Shown piece by piece: positions 8,794 through 18,280 of a stretch of DNA of 64,000 bases (position 1 is its first letter; every line of letters begins with the position of its first letter). The stretch is from Pontiella sp. Its GTDB lineage: Bacteria; Verrucomicrobiota; Kiritimatiellia; Kiritimatiellales; Pontiellaceae. The notes beneath the pieces were generated by a model that did not search any database, was not told the DNA's origin, and saw nothing but the letters and a program-made list of their open reading frames with translations. The stretch spans positions 148,647 to 212,646 of the forward strand of contig JBNKHE010000008.1 in assembly GCA_050290185.1 (NCBI GenBank). The letters run 5' to 3'. A program made the translations under genes and the position numbers.

Positions 8794-10911
8794 TTAGCCG
8801 CCGATGATGCGGTGGGCAACGAGATGTTCGGCGAGGGATTCAATGGCGCGGGGAACGGTGGCTTCCCTGGCGATGACATCGGGCTGGAGGCCAAGGAGTT
8901 CCAGGGCGTCGGCCGTGGGTTTACCGATCACGACGATCGATTTTCCGGCGAGGGCATCTACCCCCCATTGGCCGACCAGCGATTCCACGCCGGAGGCACT
9001 GGCAAAGAATACAGCGTCGAACGGCGGAAGCTCTTCGTATTCAACCCGCACGTTGTCATAGATGACGGAGTCCTCGACTTCTGCACCGTTTTCCCTAAGG
9101 GCAATGGCGAGATCCGGTCCGGCCTTGTCGGAGCGGACGCGCAGGATCTTTTCGCCGGGCTTGATCACTTCGCTGGCCAGTGCAATGAGCGAGTCGGCGC
9201 TGAAACCGGCTTCGGGCTGGGCATCGACGCAGATGCCGTACTCCGCGAATTCGGCGGCGGTTCCGCGACCGCAGACCATGATTCTGGGGATCCTGCGGAA
9301 ATCGATCTTCTGGTAGCGGACAATTTCCATGAAGGCGCGGACGGATGACGGCGAGGTGATCGCCAGCCAGTCGAATGACGCACATTGCAACGGCACATGG
9401 TGCCTGCATTTCAATTTGATCAGAGGAAACTGCACGGGCTGACCGCCAAAATCGCGAACGAGGTCGGCGGCCTTTTGCTGGATGGCATCGGAGCAGGAGA
9501 GCAGGATCCGCTTTCCCTGCAGTGCTCCGAGATCGGTCTTGTAGGCGTAGGCGGTGGTGTCGCCCACGATGATAAGTCCGGGTTGCTTAAGGCAGTGGGT
9601 TTTCGCCTGGTCTAAAAGTGCGCCCAGCGTGGTTTTGAAAATCCGTTCGTCTTCGCCGCCAGCATTGAAGACCAGGGCGGCGGGGGTGTCGGGCGAATGG
9701 CCGTCTTCCAGCATTTGACGGGTAACGGGTTCAATGGCTTTGATCGACATGTAGTAGATGACCGGCAGTTGATCTTTCATTTTGCCGTCGCAACGTGCCA
9801 GTCCGCCGCCGTGCATTCTTGGCGTGAGCGCCACAAAACCACGAGAAACATCGCGGCGGGTCAAGAGCATGCCGGTGCCGGTGGTTGCGGCCTGCAGGGC
9901 ACTGATGCCTGGAATGACACGGAAAGGGATGCCGAGTTTTTCGAGTGCTTCGGTTTCTTCGGCCAAGCGGCCGAAAATACCGGGGTCGCCGCCCTTGAGG
10001 CGCACGACCTTTTTGCTTTGCCGTGCACATTCGCAAATAAGTTTGGTGGTTTCGTGCTGTTCTTTGCTATGGGCGCCGCATCGCTTGCCGACGTCGATGG
10101 CTTCGGCGTGAGGGGGAAGTTCATCCAGCAGGCTTTTATCAATGAGCGAGTCATAGAGGCAGGTGTCGCACTGCTGCAGCGCTCGCAGGGTGGCGATGGT
10201 GCAAAGTTCTTTGTTGCTGACGCCGGCGCCGGCAAATGTGACGGCGTGCGTGAAGAGACTGCGCAGTGCCATCATGCGTTCGTCGCCTTCGCGGAAGGTG
10301 ATGGCCAGATAGCCCTGGGCTTCTGGAACTTCCAGCTCATCGAGAGGAATCCATTCGGTTACGCGTTCTTCAAGCCCCAGTCGCACGAGGGCCGCTCCGG
10401 CCATGACCATCACATCGAAATCGCCGGCATCGACCTGGGCAATCCGTTCTTCGATGTTGCCGCGGATGGTTTTTTGGATGCCGTGGGGGAATTTTTGGGT
10501 GCAGTAGGCTTCGCGCCGTTCGGAGCTGACGCCGATCACAGGATGGTCCGGCAAATCGGTCACCGCGTGGTTCGGAGCGAGAATCAGTGCGTCACGCGGT
10601 TCCTCGCGCCATGGCAACCAGAACCAGTCGATCCCCTCGGGCATAGGCGCGGGCAGATCCTTGGCACTGTGAACCGCAAAGTCGACTTCGCCGCGCAGCA
10701 GGGCATCGTCGAGTTCCTTGGTGAAAAAATTCGCCGGGCTGTTGCGCAGGTCGGTGGTGCGGTCGGTATCGCCCACGGACGTGATGGGCACCGACTCGAA
10801 AACGATGTCGTCGAGCATGCGCTCGATGCGGTTAAGGGCGGCACGCGACTGGGTCAGCGCCAGGCTACTCGGTCGAGTACCCGCCTTTAAAACTTTTGGT
10901 GATCTTTTCAT
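8794..10911 (-). CDS. hemC: HemC-CobA(SUMT)-HemD triple fusion (hydroxymethylbilane synthase / uroporphyrinogen-III methyltransferase / uroporphyrinogen-III synthase)
   Basis: AGTRPSSLALTQ, FTKELD, AVHSAKDLP, IRGNIEER (HemC); VRLKGGDPGIFGR..EE, VIPGISA (CobA); ITSPSSVRAF, FASASGVE (HemD). ATG at 10911 overlaps the upstream gene by 47 nt. Confidence 0.9.
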   Translation of the reverse strand: MKRSPKVLKAGTRPSSLALTQSRAALNRIERMLDDIVFESVPITSVGDTDRTTDLRNSPANFFTKELDDALLRGEVDFAVHSAKDLPAPMPEGIDWFWLPWREEPRDALILAPNHAVTDLPDHPVIGVSSERREAYCTQKFPHGIQKTIRGNIEERIAQVDAGDFDVMVMAGAALVRLGLEERVTEWIPLDELEVPEAQGYLAITFREGDERMMALRSLFTHAVTFAGAGVSNKELCTIATLRALQQCDTCLYDSLIDKSLLDELPPHAEAIDVGKRCGAHSKEQHETTKLICECARQSKKVVRLKGGDPGIFGRLAEETEALEKLGIPFRVIPGISALQAATTGTGMLLTRRDVSRGFVALTPRMHGGGLARCDGKMKDQLPVIYYMSIKAIEPVTRQMLEDGHSPDTPAALVFNAGGEDERIFKTTLGALLDQAKTHCLKQPGLIIVGDTTAYAYKTDLGALQGKRILLSCSDAIQQKAADLVRDFGGQPVQFPLIKLKCRHHVPLQCASFDWLAITSPSSVRAFMEIVRYQKIDFRRIPRIMVCGRGTAAEFAEYGICVDAQPEAGFSADSLIALASEVIKPGEKILRVRSDKAGPDLAIALRENGAEVEDSVIYDNVRVEYEELPPFDAVFFASASGVESLVGQWGVDALAGKSIVVIGKPTADALELLGLQPDVIAREATVPRAIESLAEHLVAHRIIGG

Positions 10912-12361
10912 ATAGATCCTGATTGTCGGCAACGATGGCGCGGCTTTGCGCCAGGATTTCGGTCATATCAGCCAATTCGCGGCGGTACCAGTATTTGAGT
11001 CCGTCCAGGTCAACCACGGTAACATCGGACGAGAGGTCGTCCAGTTCGGGGTCGACATTGCGCGGCATGCCAAGGTCGATCACGGTTACCGGGCGTTCCT
11101 GATTGAAGAAGGGCTCATGCCCGAGGTGCAAAAGATGGCCCGGAGCATCCGCGGCACTGACGATAACGTCGGCATCCGTTATCTGGTTTTTCATGTCGTT
11201 AAAGGTGCAGAGTTCCACTTTTCCATTCCAGTCTGCGGGGACGTCGGGCCGGTTTACATGATAGCACCAGACAATCCGACCCACCTTGGGCAGCGCATCC
11301 TTGACGAGGCCCTTGCCGACCATGCCGGCTCCCAGCACCATCAGGGTGGTATTTTCGTGGATCTTGCCCTCGGCTTCAAGATAGCGCAGGGAGAGGTCTT
11401 CGATTTCGTAGCTGTGCAGCAGCGGAGCAACTTTGTTCTTGATGGCTTTTGATATGTACAGCGCCGTGGAGATCCACTCCTGAATCATATTGCTCGACCA
11501 GCCCCGCCCTTTGGATTGCTCGAGTGCTTCTTTCATTTGGGCTGTAATGTGGTTTTCGCCGGGGGTTTGCGAAAGCATGCCGGCCGTAACCAGGCAGAGG
11601 TGTTCGTAGGCGGCCTTGCCGGTTTTGAGGTAGTATTTGTCTTCCTTCAGGTTCGTAAAGCCCATGACGTGGCGCAGAATGCCGTTTTGCATGGTTTCTT
11701 CGGAGACCACCGCGATGACCTCGACGCGGTTGCAGGTGTTGAGAATCATGAATTCGTGAATGCCCCAAAGCTGCATGATCATGAAGCCGGCTCGTTCCAG
11801 GCGGTGTCCCGTAAGGTGAAAGGGTTCGCGCTCTTCGACGGTGAGGTGGTTGTGTGAGGTTCCCACAATGACGAGATGGGCCGATTCCATCATCTTCAGA
11901 TGGCGCGACAGGCTGTTCTTGACCATCTTGGACTGACGACAGTCGTTGCCGCCGGAGGAGACGGAGACGGTCAGCTGGTTATGTCGGGTAATCGCCGGAG
12001 TGCTGAAATCGCTGTCGGCCCAGTTTCCGTCCACGCAGCAGCAAAGAACATGCTGTTCGCGGCAACATTCGAGTACATGGCGATTGACTCCGCGGCTATT
12101 GGTGGCTGCGTATACGAGTATTGCACCCTCGATATCGTGGTCCTCGAAGCGGCGGACCGTGTGGGTGACAAGACCCTGTTCGATCAATGTGCCGAGCTCG
12201 TCGCAGACGTCGGGACTGACCACGGCCACCTGTGCGCCCGCTTTTTGCAGTAGCTGAATCTTGCGCAGGGCGACTTTTCCGCCACCGACGACCAGGCAGG
12301 GGCGCCCTGCCAGAAACAGGTTGATGGGAATGCCATTATAGATTGGTTTTTCTTCGCTCAT
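10865..12361 (-). CDS. hemA: SirC/Met8 (precorrin-2 dehydrogenase) fused to glutamyl-tRNA reductase
   Basis: N-terminal PINLFLAGRPCLVVGGGKVALRK...AATNSRGVN...DFSTPA (CysG N-terminal/SirC); then VGTSH, LNTCNRVE, S..PGENHI, VLGAGMVG, IDLGMPRNVDP (HemA). Confidence 0.88.
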   Translation of the reverse strand: MSEEKPIYNGIPINLFLAGRPCLVVGGGKVALRKIQLLQKAGAQVAVVSPDVCDELGTLIEQGLVTHTVRRFEDHDIEGAILVYAATNSRGVNRHVLECCREQHVLCCCVDGNWADSDFSTPAITRHNQLTVSVSSGGNDCRQSKMVKNSLSRHLKMMESAHLVIVGTSHNHLTVEEREPFHLTGHRLERAGFMIMQLWGIHEFMILNTCNRVEVIAVVSEETMQNGILRHVMGFTNLKEDKYYLKTGKAAYEHLCLVTAGMLSQTPGENHITAQMKEALEQSKGRGWSSNMIQEWISTALYISKAIKNKVAPLLHSYEIEDLSLRYLEAEGKIHENTTLMVLGAGMVGKGLVKDALPKVGRIVWCYHVNRPDVPADWNGKVELCTFNDMKNQITDADVIVSAADAPGHLLHLGHEPFFNQERPVTVIDLGMPRNVDPELDDLSSDVTVVDLDGLKYWYRRELADMTEILAQSRAIVADNQDLYEKITKSFKGGYSTE

Positions 12362-12799
12362 AGTCCAGTCGTTTGTTGGAAAGTAGACCAAAGCCAAAAC
12401 GCTTTGGCTAGGTCTCATTTCTTAATAGACAGAAAGGCGAGAACGATAGTGTTCCCGTACAGGGGTGTAAAGCGGCGAACACCGCAAAACCTTTCGTTTT
12501 GATAGAAGTCAAGGTTGGCTCGAACATACGTGCCCCGTTCTCTAGATCTCGCGGTTAGCATTGGAACGAATAAAATGGTGAAAATGGGATCAAAACAGTA
12601 ATAAAATATTGTAAGTAGTTTGTGGGCAATAATATGAGTATTTTATGTTAGACGAAATCCTATTTTGGGGAGGTGCCGGTTTCGTCCTTGAAATGTGGTT
12701 TTGCATGCATAGGGTGCGGCATTGGAAGAACTGCGTCTTTCAACTGGAGAGGGTGATATCGACCCTGCTTCAGCCGCGGAACCCAAATGAAGGGAATAC

Positions 12800-13606
12800 A
12801 TGAACGCAACAAGATCAAAACAAAAGATGACGGGCTCGCATCGGGCCGTACTCACAGGAGCAATGATTCTGTTCTTGATCGGGACAAACACCAGCTTTGC
12901 ATATGACCGCTACAATGATGGGTGTGTTGATTGCCACGGTGCATTTAACGATTCGACTACCACAAAAGGATCCACTTTCGCCCTTGGGAATAAACACGAC
13001 ATGCACCGCTATACGATGGGTACGGATTGTGATCTATGCCATCTGAGTGGGGATCAAAAAAATCCATACATGTGGAAGTCGAATGGTACGGCTAACAATT
13101 CCGGATTAGGGTGCACGGGATGCCACGTGGGCAATGGTTTGCGCGCGCATCACGATGCAAATGGAGTGGTGGAATGTTATGATTGCCATGATCCCGCTGC
13201 ATCGTCCGCAGAGAACGTTGATCCACCCTATTATGGAACGGTGGATACGTTCGCGAACAATGCGTGCAACGATATTTTGGCATCGAACACCAACGAAAAC
13301 TGGACGGTTGGTGATTTTCTTGGGTTAGACAACGATGGCGATGGCCTTTACGACTTGGCGGATTATTCCTGCGGTCCATTGCGGTTGGTGGAAATTGTTC
13401 CCGAGGGCAACAACATACGTGTCCGCTGGGAAACAGCCGGTGGCCGCGCGGAGCGAATTCAGGCAACGTCGGTCCTTACCAATGGGTTTTCGAATATTGG
13501 GACAACCGTTACGATTCCTGGCGTTGGCATCGTGACCCAGGAAGTGGTTGAGGTAAGCGGTGCTGTAGACCCGGTGCGCTTCTATCGGATTCGTTCTATA
13601 CCCTGA
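12800..13606 (+). CDS. Exported tetraheme c-type cytochrome with DNDGDG motif and C-terminal sorting-like domain
   Basis: Signal peptide; CVDCH, CDLCH, CTGCH, CYDCH; LDNDGDGLYD; ends RFYRIRSIP. Confidence 0.85.
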   Translation: MNATRSKQKMTGSHRAVLTGAMILFLIGTNTSFAYDRYNDGCVDCHGAFNDSTTTKGSTFALGNKHDMHRYTMGTDCDLCHLSGDQKNPYMWKSNGTANNSGLGCTGCHVGNGLRAHHDANGVVECYDCHDPAASSAENVDPPYYGTVDTFANNACNDILASNTNENWTVGDFLGLDNDGDGLYDLADYSCGPLRLVEIVPEGNNIRVRWETAGGRAERIQATSVLTNGFSNIGTTVTIPGVGIVTQEVVEVSGAVDPVRFYRIRSIP

Positions 13607-13954
13607 TCACCGACATAGCCCGGAGATTGAAAGCGCCGTTGCGGTAGGCATGACCGTAGCGGCGTTTTTTTCTTTTCCGGCAAAAAAGCAAATTGGCATC
13701 CACCGAGGCATCCTGAAGCAGGACGTCGTATTGGTAGCCATATCTCCAAAATCAAGATCGGGTGTGAGGGTGCCGGGGGCGGCATACCATGCGGATTCGC
13801 CATCAAGGGCGATTTGGACACAGGTGTAACCGCCACTGTCTACCTTTTCCACCACGGTTCCAACGGATCCGGGCATCGGTTCCGCCCATGCCGTTCCAGG
13901 GAAAAGCAGCAGGGACGCAAAAAGAGACGGGATGATTCGTTTCGTTGCAGACAT
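13607..13954 (-). pseudogene. Truncated/degenerate paralog of the NrfJ-like protein at 23270-23770
   Basis: Signal peptide and GTVVEKVDSGGYTCVQIALDGESAWYAAP align with GTVVSTEDSGSYTYVQLAIEGSNVWYAVP; similarity is lost after ~60 aa and the ORF runs through the opposing terminator. Confidence 0.6.
13633..13672 (+). terminator. Intrinsic terminator after tetraheme cytochrome
   Basis: CGCCGTTGCGGT-AGGCATG-ACCGTAGCGGCG then a T run. Confidence 0.7.
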
Positions 13955-14034
13955 GGCGGTTTCCTTTTTCCTTCAGGGATTAAAAGTCCTACAGCATGCA
14001 GGTCCTGAAAAGCTTGAAGTCAAGGCCGGTTTCG

Positions 14035-14134
14035 GAAGTCACGCATGCTTCTCCGAGGCCTACTTACCGTTGGATTTCTTGTGCTTCTTGCGGCCGATCT
14101 GGCTTTCCTCGGGGGAGAGACGTTCACGATCTGG
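14035..14134 (-). repeat. Orphan diverged copy of the 3' end and downstream flank of the cytochrome gene at 18208-20112
   Basis: Minus strand encodes DRERLSPEESQIGRKKHKKSNGK* versus DRERLSPEESQVGRKKHKKSNDK* at 18208-18280; flanking GAAG.CACGC.TGCTTCTCCGA.GC also shared. Confidence 0.9.
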
Positions 14135-14454
14135 CCTCGTTTCATTGGGTCTTCCGTTGTGTTGCTGGTTTTATCAGTTAGACCAACTCTCTATAAACAT
14201 GAGAAAAGTATGCTTTAAACGAAAAGATATAGGTGGAAATACATGAAGGTACTGTAACAAGAAATCAAAATAATATAAATGTATGTAAAATAAAAACTTA
14301 CGCAATACTGATGGTAGATGTTGCGCTTTTATTGTGTGTGAGACCGTTGGGGTACGCACCGTTGGAAAGCGCTTTTCCGCCGCTCTTCGCATTTGTTTTT
14401 TCGGTTGTCGAGGTGGTGGCTGTAGAGAAATAAACCAAATACAAGGAGGTAAAA

Positions 14455-17400
14455 GTGAGATTCAAAAGCACCAATGGTATATGTGCGGCTTTGTGCGCAC
14501 TGGTCTGCTTGGCCGCAGTTCCGGCCCTGGCCCAGTCCAATCACACTGCAAAGGTGGATTTTACCAAAATTGACCCCAATGCCGAATTCAAAGAAGGGCG
14601 GTTATTGGTGCGTTTCAGGCCAGGCAATGAAAAAGCCAGAGCCACACGCCAGAACAAAATGGCTGCGTTAGGCGGAAACATCAGTAAACAGTTTAAGTCG
14701 TTTCCTGATCTATGCGTTGTTGAATTGAATCCCGGTATGAATGTTAAAGCGGCGCTGAAATCGTTTAACGGGAGCTCCGAAGTTCTTTATGCCCAGCCTG
14801 ATTATGCTTGTCAGGCATGCAACATTCCCAATGACCCGTTGCTCTCGTACCTGTGGGGCATGGACAATACCGGCCAAACCGGAGGCACACCCGACGCCGA
14901 TATCGATGCACCGGAGGCCTGGGATATGTCCACCGGGGACGGCAGCGTCGTAGTGGCCGTCATTGACACAGGAGTGGACTACACCCATCCGGATTTGGAT
15001 GACAATATGTGGGTCAACAGCGGTGAAATAGCCGATAACGGAGTGGACGACGACGGCAACGGCTACATAGATGACGTATACGGCTATGATTTCCGCAATG
15101 GCGACGCCGATCCAATGGACGACAATTCCTACTACGGAATTTACCATGGCACTCATTGTGCAGGCACTGTTGGTGCCGAAGGCAACAACGGCGAGGGCGT
15201 GGCCGGTGTTTGCTGGGATGTACGTATCATGGCTCTCAAATTTTTGAATTGGCAAGGAAGTGGTTGGAACTCCGACGCAATAGATTGTATCGACTATGCC
15301 ATACAGAATGGAGCTAATGTGATAAGCGCCTCCTGGGGGGGGGGAGGATACAGCCAGGCGTTGAAAGACGCCATTGACGACGCAGGTGCGAACGGCATTG
15401 TGTTCGTCGTAGCCGCGGGCAACTCTTCTTTGAACGCCGATAGCATCCCGTTCTATCCTGCCTGCTATGACTCAGACAACATCATTTCCGTGATTAGCAC
15501 CGACGACAACGATGCCCTGTCGTCGTTCTCCAACTATGGATTGCTCTCCACCGATTTGGGGGCGCCGGGAAGCGACATTTACAGTTGCGAGCCTGGTGGA
15601 GGATATCATTATCTCGATGGGACATCGATGGCAGCCCCCTGTGTTGCGGGGGCTTGTGCACTGTTGCTTTCCGTCAACCCCGACCTTTCCGTCGCTGAAA
15701 TCAAACAGACTCTGATGGACACGGTTGATCCGACATTGACAGGCGTATGTGCCTCGGGCGGCCGACTCAACCTCGCCAGCGCAGTTGCTTTGAGTTCATT
15801 CAGCTACACCGTCAATCCGAACTACACCATCACCATCACCCAATACAACGGCGTTGGCGGCAACGTGGTCATTCCCAGCGAGATTGGTGGCCGTCCCGTG
15901 ACCACCATTGGCGTTGGCGCGTTCGCAGATTGTTCCGGTCTGACGAGTGTGGATATCCCCGGCTCCGTTACGACCATTGACGATGGCGCGTTCGCTGGTT
16001 GTTCCGGTCTGATAGGCGTGGGCATACCCAGCTCTGTTACGACCATTGGCGATGGGGTGTTCTCAGGTTGTTCCGGTCTGACAAGCGTGGGCATACCCTA
16101 CACTGTTACGAGCCTTGGCGATGGGGTGTTCGCAGGTTGTTCCGGTCTGACGAGCGTGGGTATACTCGGCCCCGTTACAACCATTGGCGACGGGACGTTC
16201 GCAGGTTGTTCCGGTCTGACGAGCGTGTATATGCCCGGTACCGTTACGAGCATTGGCTATGGGGCGTTCTCAGGTTGTTCTGCTCTGACGAGCGTGGATA
16301 TTCCCGATGCCGTTACAACCCTTGGCAATGGGGCGTTCGCGGGTTGTTCTGCTCTGACGAGCGTGGTTATACCTGATAATGTTACCGTTATCGGTGATCA
16401 GGCGTTTGCTGGTTGTTCCGGTCTGACGAGTGTGGATATACCCGACGGTGTCACTACCATTGGCAGCGCTGCGTTCGGAAGTTGTTCTAGCCTGTCCGAC
16501 ATACTGATCGGTAGTGGGGTTGCCTCCATTGGTGATTATGCGTTCGCAGGTTGTTCCAGTCTGACGAATGCGGTATTTTCTGGAGATGCGCCTTCGTTGG
16601 GTTCGAACGTCTTTATCAGTGATAACTCCTGTACGGTTTACTATTATGCAGGTACGTCGGGCTGGGGGACCACGTTCGGTGGGCGTCCGACGGTTCAGTG
16701 GGCTAATCCCTCCCACTTCAATTATACCGTAGATTCGGGCAGCACCATTACCATCACCGGGTACACTGGTTCCGGAGGTCATGTGGTTATTCCCGGGTAT
16801 ATTGAAGGACTGCCCGTGAGCACCATTGGCGGTGGGGCGTTCTTTCAGTGTAGCAACCTGACGAGCGTGAACATACCCGGCAGTGTCACCATCATTGGCG
16901 GTGGGGCGTTCGCAAATTGTCCCAATCTAGCGAGCGTGGATATACCCAACAGCGTCACCTCCATTGGTGATGCGGCATTCGCAGGTGGTTCCAGTCTAAC
17001 GAGCGTGCATATACCCGACGGCGTTACCGCTATTGCCGGTTCGACGTTCGTAGCTTGTTCCAGCCTGACGAGCGCGGATATTCCCGACAGTGTCACCACC
17101 ATTGGTGATTATGCGTTCGCCGGTTGTTCCAGCCTGCACGACATAAATATCGGCAGTGGGGTTAACTCCATTGGTGATTATGGGTTCGCAAGTTGTTCCT
17201 CCCTGACGGCTGCGGTATTTTTGGGACATGAGCCTTCATCGGGTTCGAACGCCTTTATCGGTGCTAACTCCTGTACGGTTTACTATTATGCAGGTGCGTC
17301 GGGCTGGGGGGCCACGTTCGCTGGGCGTCCGACGGTGCCGTTGGATAATCCCTCTCTGTTCAACTACACAACAAACACGGACAACACCATTACCATCACC

Positions 17401-17991
17401 GGGTACATCGGTTCCGGAGGTGATGTGGTCATTTCCAGGTACATTGACGGCCTGCCCGTGAGCACCATTGGCGGTGGGGCGTTCTTTCAGTGTAGCAACC
17501 TGACGAGCGCGAACATACCCGGCAGTGTCACCATCATTGGCGCTGGAGCGTTTGCAAATTGTCCCAATCTAGCGAGCGTGGATGTGCCCAACAGCGTCAC
17601 CTCCATTGGCAGCGCGGCGTTCGCAGGTTGTGGCAGTCTAATGAGCGTGCATATACCCGATGGCGTCACCGCCATTGCCGGTTCGACGTTCGTAGCTTGT
17701 TCCAGCCTGACGAGCGCGGATATTCCCGACAGTGTCACCACCATTGGTGATTACGCGTTCGCAGGTTGTTCCAGCCTGCCCGACATAATGATCGGCAGTG
17801 GGGTTAACTCCATTGGTGATTATGGGTTCGCAAGTTGTTCCTCCCTGACGGGTGCGGAATTTTTTGGGGATGCACCTGCATTGGGAGGTTCGAATGTCTT
17901 TATCGGGGCTAACTCCTGTACGGTTTACTATCATGCAGGTACGTCGGGCTGGGGGCCCGTATACGGTGGCCGTCCGACGCAAGAGCTTTAG
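14455..17991 (+). CDS. Secreted S8 peptidase fused to three blocks of BspA-type leucine-rich repeats (LRR_5)
   Basis: GTG start after AAGGAGG; signal peptide; I9-like prodomain; VAVIDTGVD, HGTHCAGT, DGTSMAAP; then 23-aa repeats LTSVDIP.SVTTIGD.AFAGCS. Confidence 0.92.
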   Translation: MRFKSTNGICAALCALVCLAAVPALAQSNHTAKVDFTKIDPNAEFKEGRLLVRFRPGNEKARATRQNKMAALGGNISKQFKSFPDLCVVELNPGMNVKAALKSFNGSSEVLYAQPDYACQACNIPNDPLLSYLWGMDNTGQTGGTPDADIDAPEAWDMSTGDGSVVVAVIDTGVDYTHPDLDDNMWVNSGEIADNGVDDDGNGYIDDVYGYDFRNGDADPMDDNSYYGIYHGTHCAGTVGAEGNNGEGVAGVCWDVRIMALKFLNWQGSGWNSDAIDCIDYAIQNGANVISASWGGGGYSQALKDAIDDAGANGIVFVVAAGNSSLNADSIPFYPACYDSDNIISVISTDDNDALSSFSNYGLLSTDLGAPGSDIYSCEPGGGYHYLDGTSMAAPCVAGACALLLSVNPDLSVAEIKQTLMDTVDPTLTGVCASGGRLNLASAVALSSFSYTVNPNYTITITQYNGVGGNVVIPSEIGGRPVTTIGVGAFADCSGLTSVDIPGSVTTIDDGAFAGCSGLIGVGIPSSVTTIGDGVFSGCSGLTSVGIPYTVTSLGDGVFAGCSGLTSVGILGPVTTIGDGTFAGCSGLTSVYMPGTVTSIGYGAFSGCSALTSVDIPDAVTTLGNGAFAGCSALTSVVIPDNVTVIGDQAFAGCSGLTSVDIPDGVTTIGSAAFGSCSSLSDILIGSGVASIGDYAFAGCSSLTNAVFSGDAPSLGSNVFISDNSCTVYYYAGTSGWGTTFGGRPTVQWANPSHFNYTVDSGSTITITGYTGSGGHVVIPGYIEGLPVSTIGGGAFFQCSNLTSVNIPGSVTIIGGGAFANCPNLASVDIPNSVTSIGDAAFAGGSSLTSVHIPDGVTAIAGSTFVACSSLTSADIPDSVTTIGDYAFAGCSSLHDINIGSGVNSIGDYGFASCSSLTAAVFLGHEPSSGSNAFIGANSCTVYYYAGASGWGATFAGRPTVPLDNPSLFNYTTNTDNTITITGYIGSGGDVVISRYIDGLPVSTIGGGAFFQCSNLTSANIPGSVTIIGAGAFANCPNLASVDVPNSVTSIGSAAFAGCGSLMSVHIPDGVTAIAGSTFVACSSLTSADIPDSVTTIGDYAFAGCSSLPDIMIGSGVNSIGDYGFASCSSLTGAEFFGDAPALGGSNVFIGANSCTVYYHAGTSGWGPVYGGRPTQEL
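15895..16580 (+). repeat. 69-bp tandem coding repeats (LRR block 1)
   Basis: Recurrent ACCATTGGCGATGGGG.GTTC.CAGGTTGTTC.G.TCTGACGAGCGTGG at 69-nt spacing. Confidence 0.85.
16705..17980 (+). repeat. Tandem ~642-bp internal duplication (LRR blocks 2 and 3)
   Basis: Near-identical blocks at 642-nt offset, e.g. CTGCCCGTGAGCACCATTGGCGGTGGGGCGTTCTTTCAGTGTAGCAACCTG at ~16810 and ~17452. Confidence 0.9.
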
Positions 17992-17999
17992 TCATCCGG

Positions 18000-18065
18000 A
18001 GGCCTCCCTGGTGGAGGCCTGTTAGGCTGTTGATAAACCCCGTCGTTCGACGGGGTTTATCTTTT
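18000..18065 (+). terminator. Tandem hairpins/terminator between convergent genes
   Basis: AGGCCTCC-CTGGT-GGAGGCCT and GATAAACCCCGTC-GTTC-GACGGGGTTTATC followed by TTTT. Confidence 0.75.
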
Positions 18066-18182
18066 CCCGGATGGATGCAGTCTGTCACCGCCGGTCGGTT
18101 TTCCGAAGTGATGTAACCCGAGTGTACTGGGCTCCCGTCCGCGGATCACTCTTCCTCTGCCAGCGGGAACATTGATGGAGTC

Positions 18183-18280
18183 GAAGCCACGCTTGCTTCT
18201 CCGAAGCCTACTTGTCGTTGGATTTCTTGTGCTTCTTGCGGCCGACCTGGCTTTCCTCGGGGGAGAGCCTTTCTCGGTCG
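18183..18280 (-). repeat. Second copy of the ~100 bp direct repeat (functional 3' end of cytochrome gene)
   Basis: Matches 14035-14134 in the same orientation. Confidence 0.9.

Noticed and set aside
12420..12800. Riboswitch (cobalamin or c-di-GMP) in long leaders here and at 14140-14454
   Set aside because: Could not find the conserved core motifs by eye; an Rfam scan is needed
15895..17980. Regularly spaced repeats resembling a CRISPR array
   Set aside because: The period is 69 nt and in frame, encoding BspA LRRs; there are no unique spacers and no cas genes
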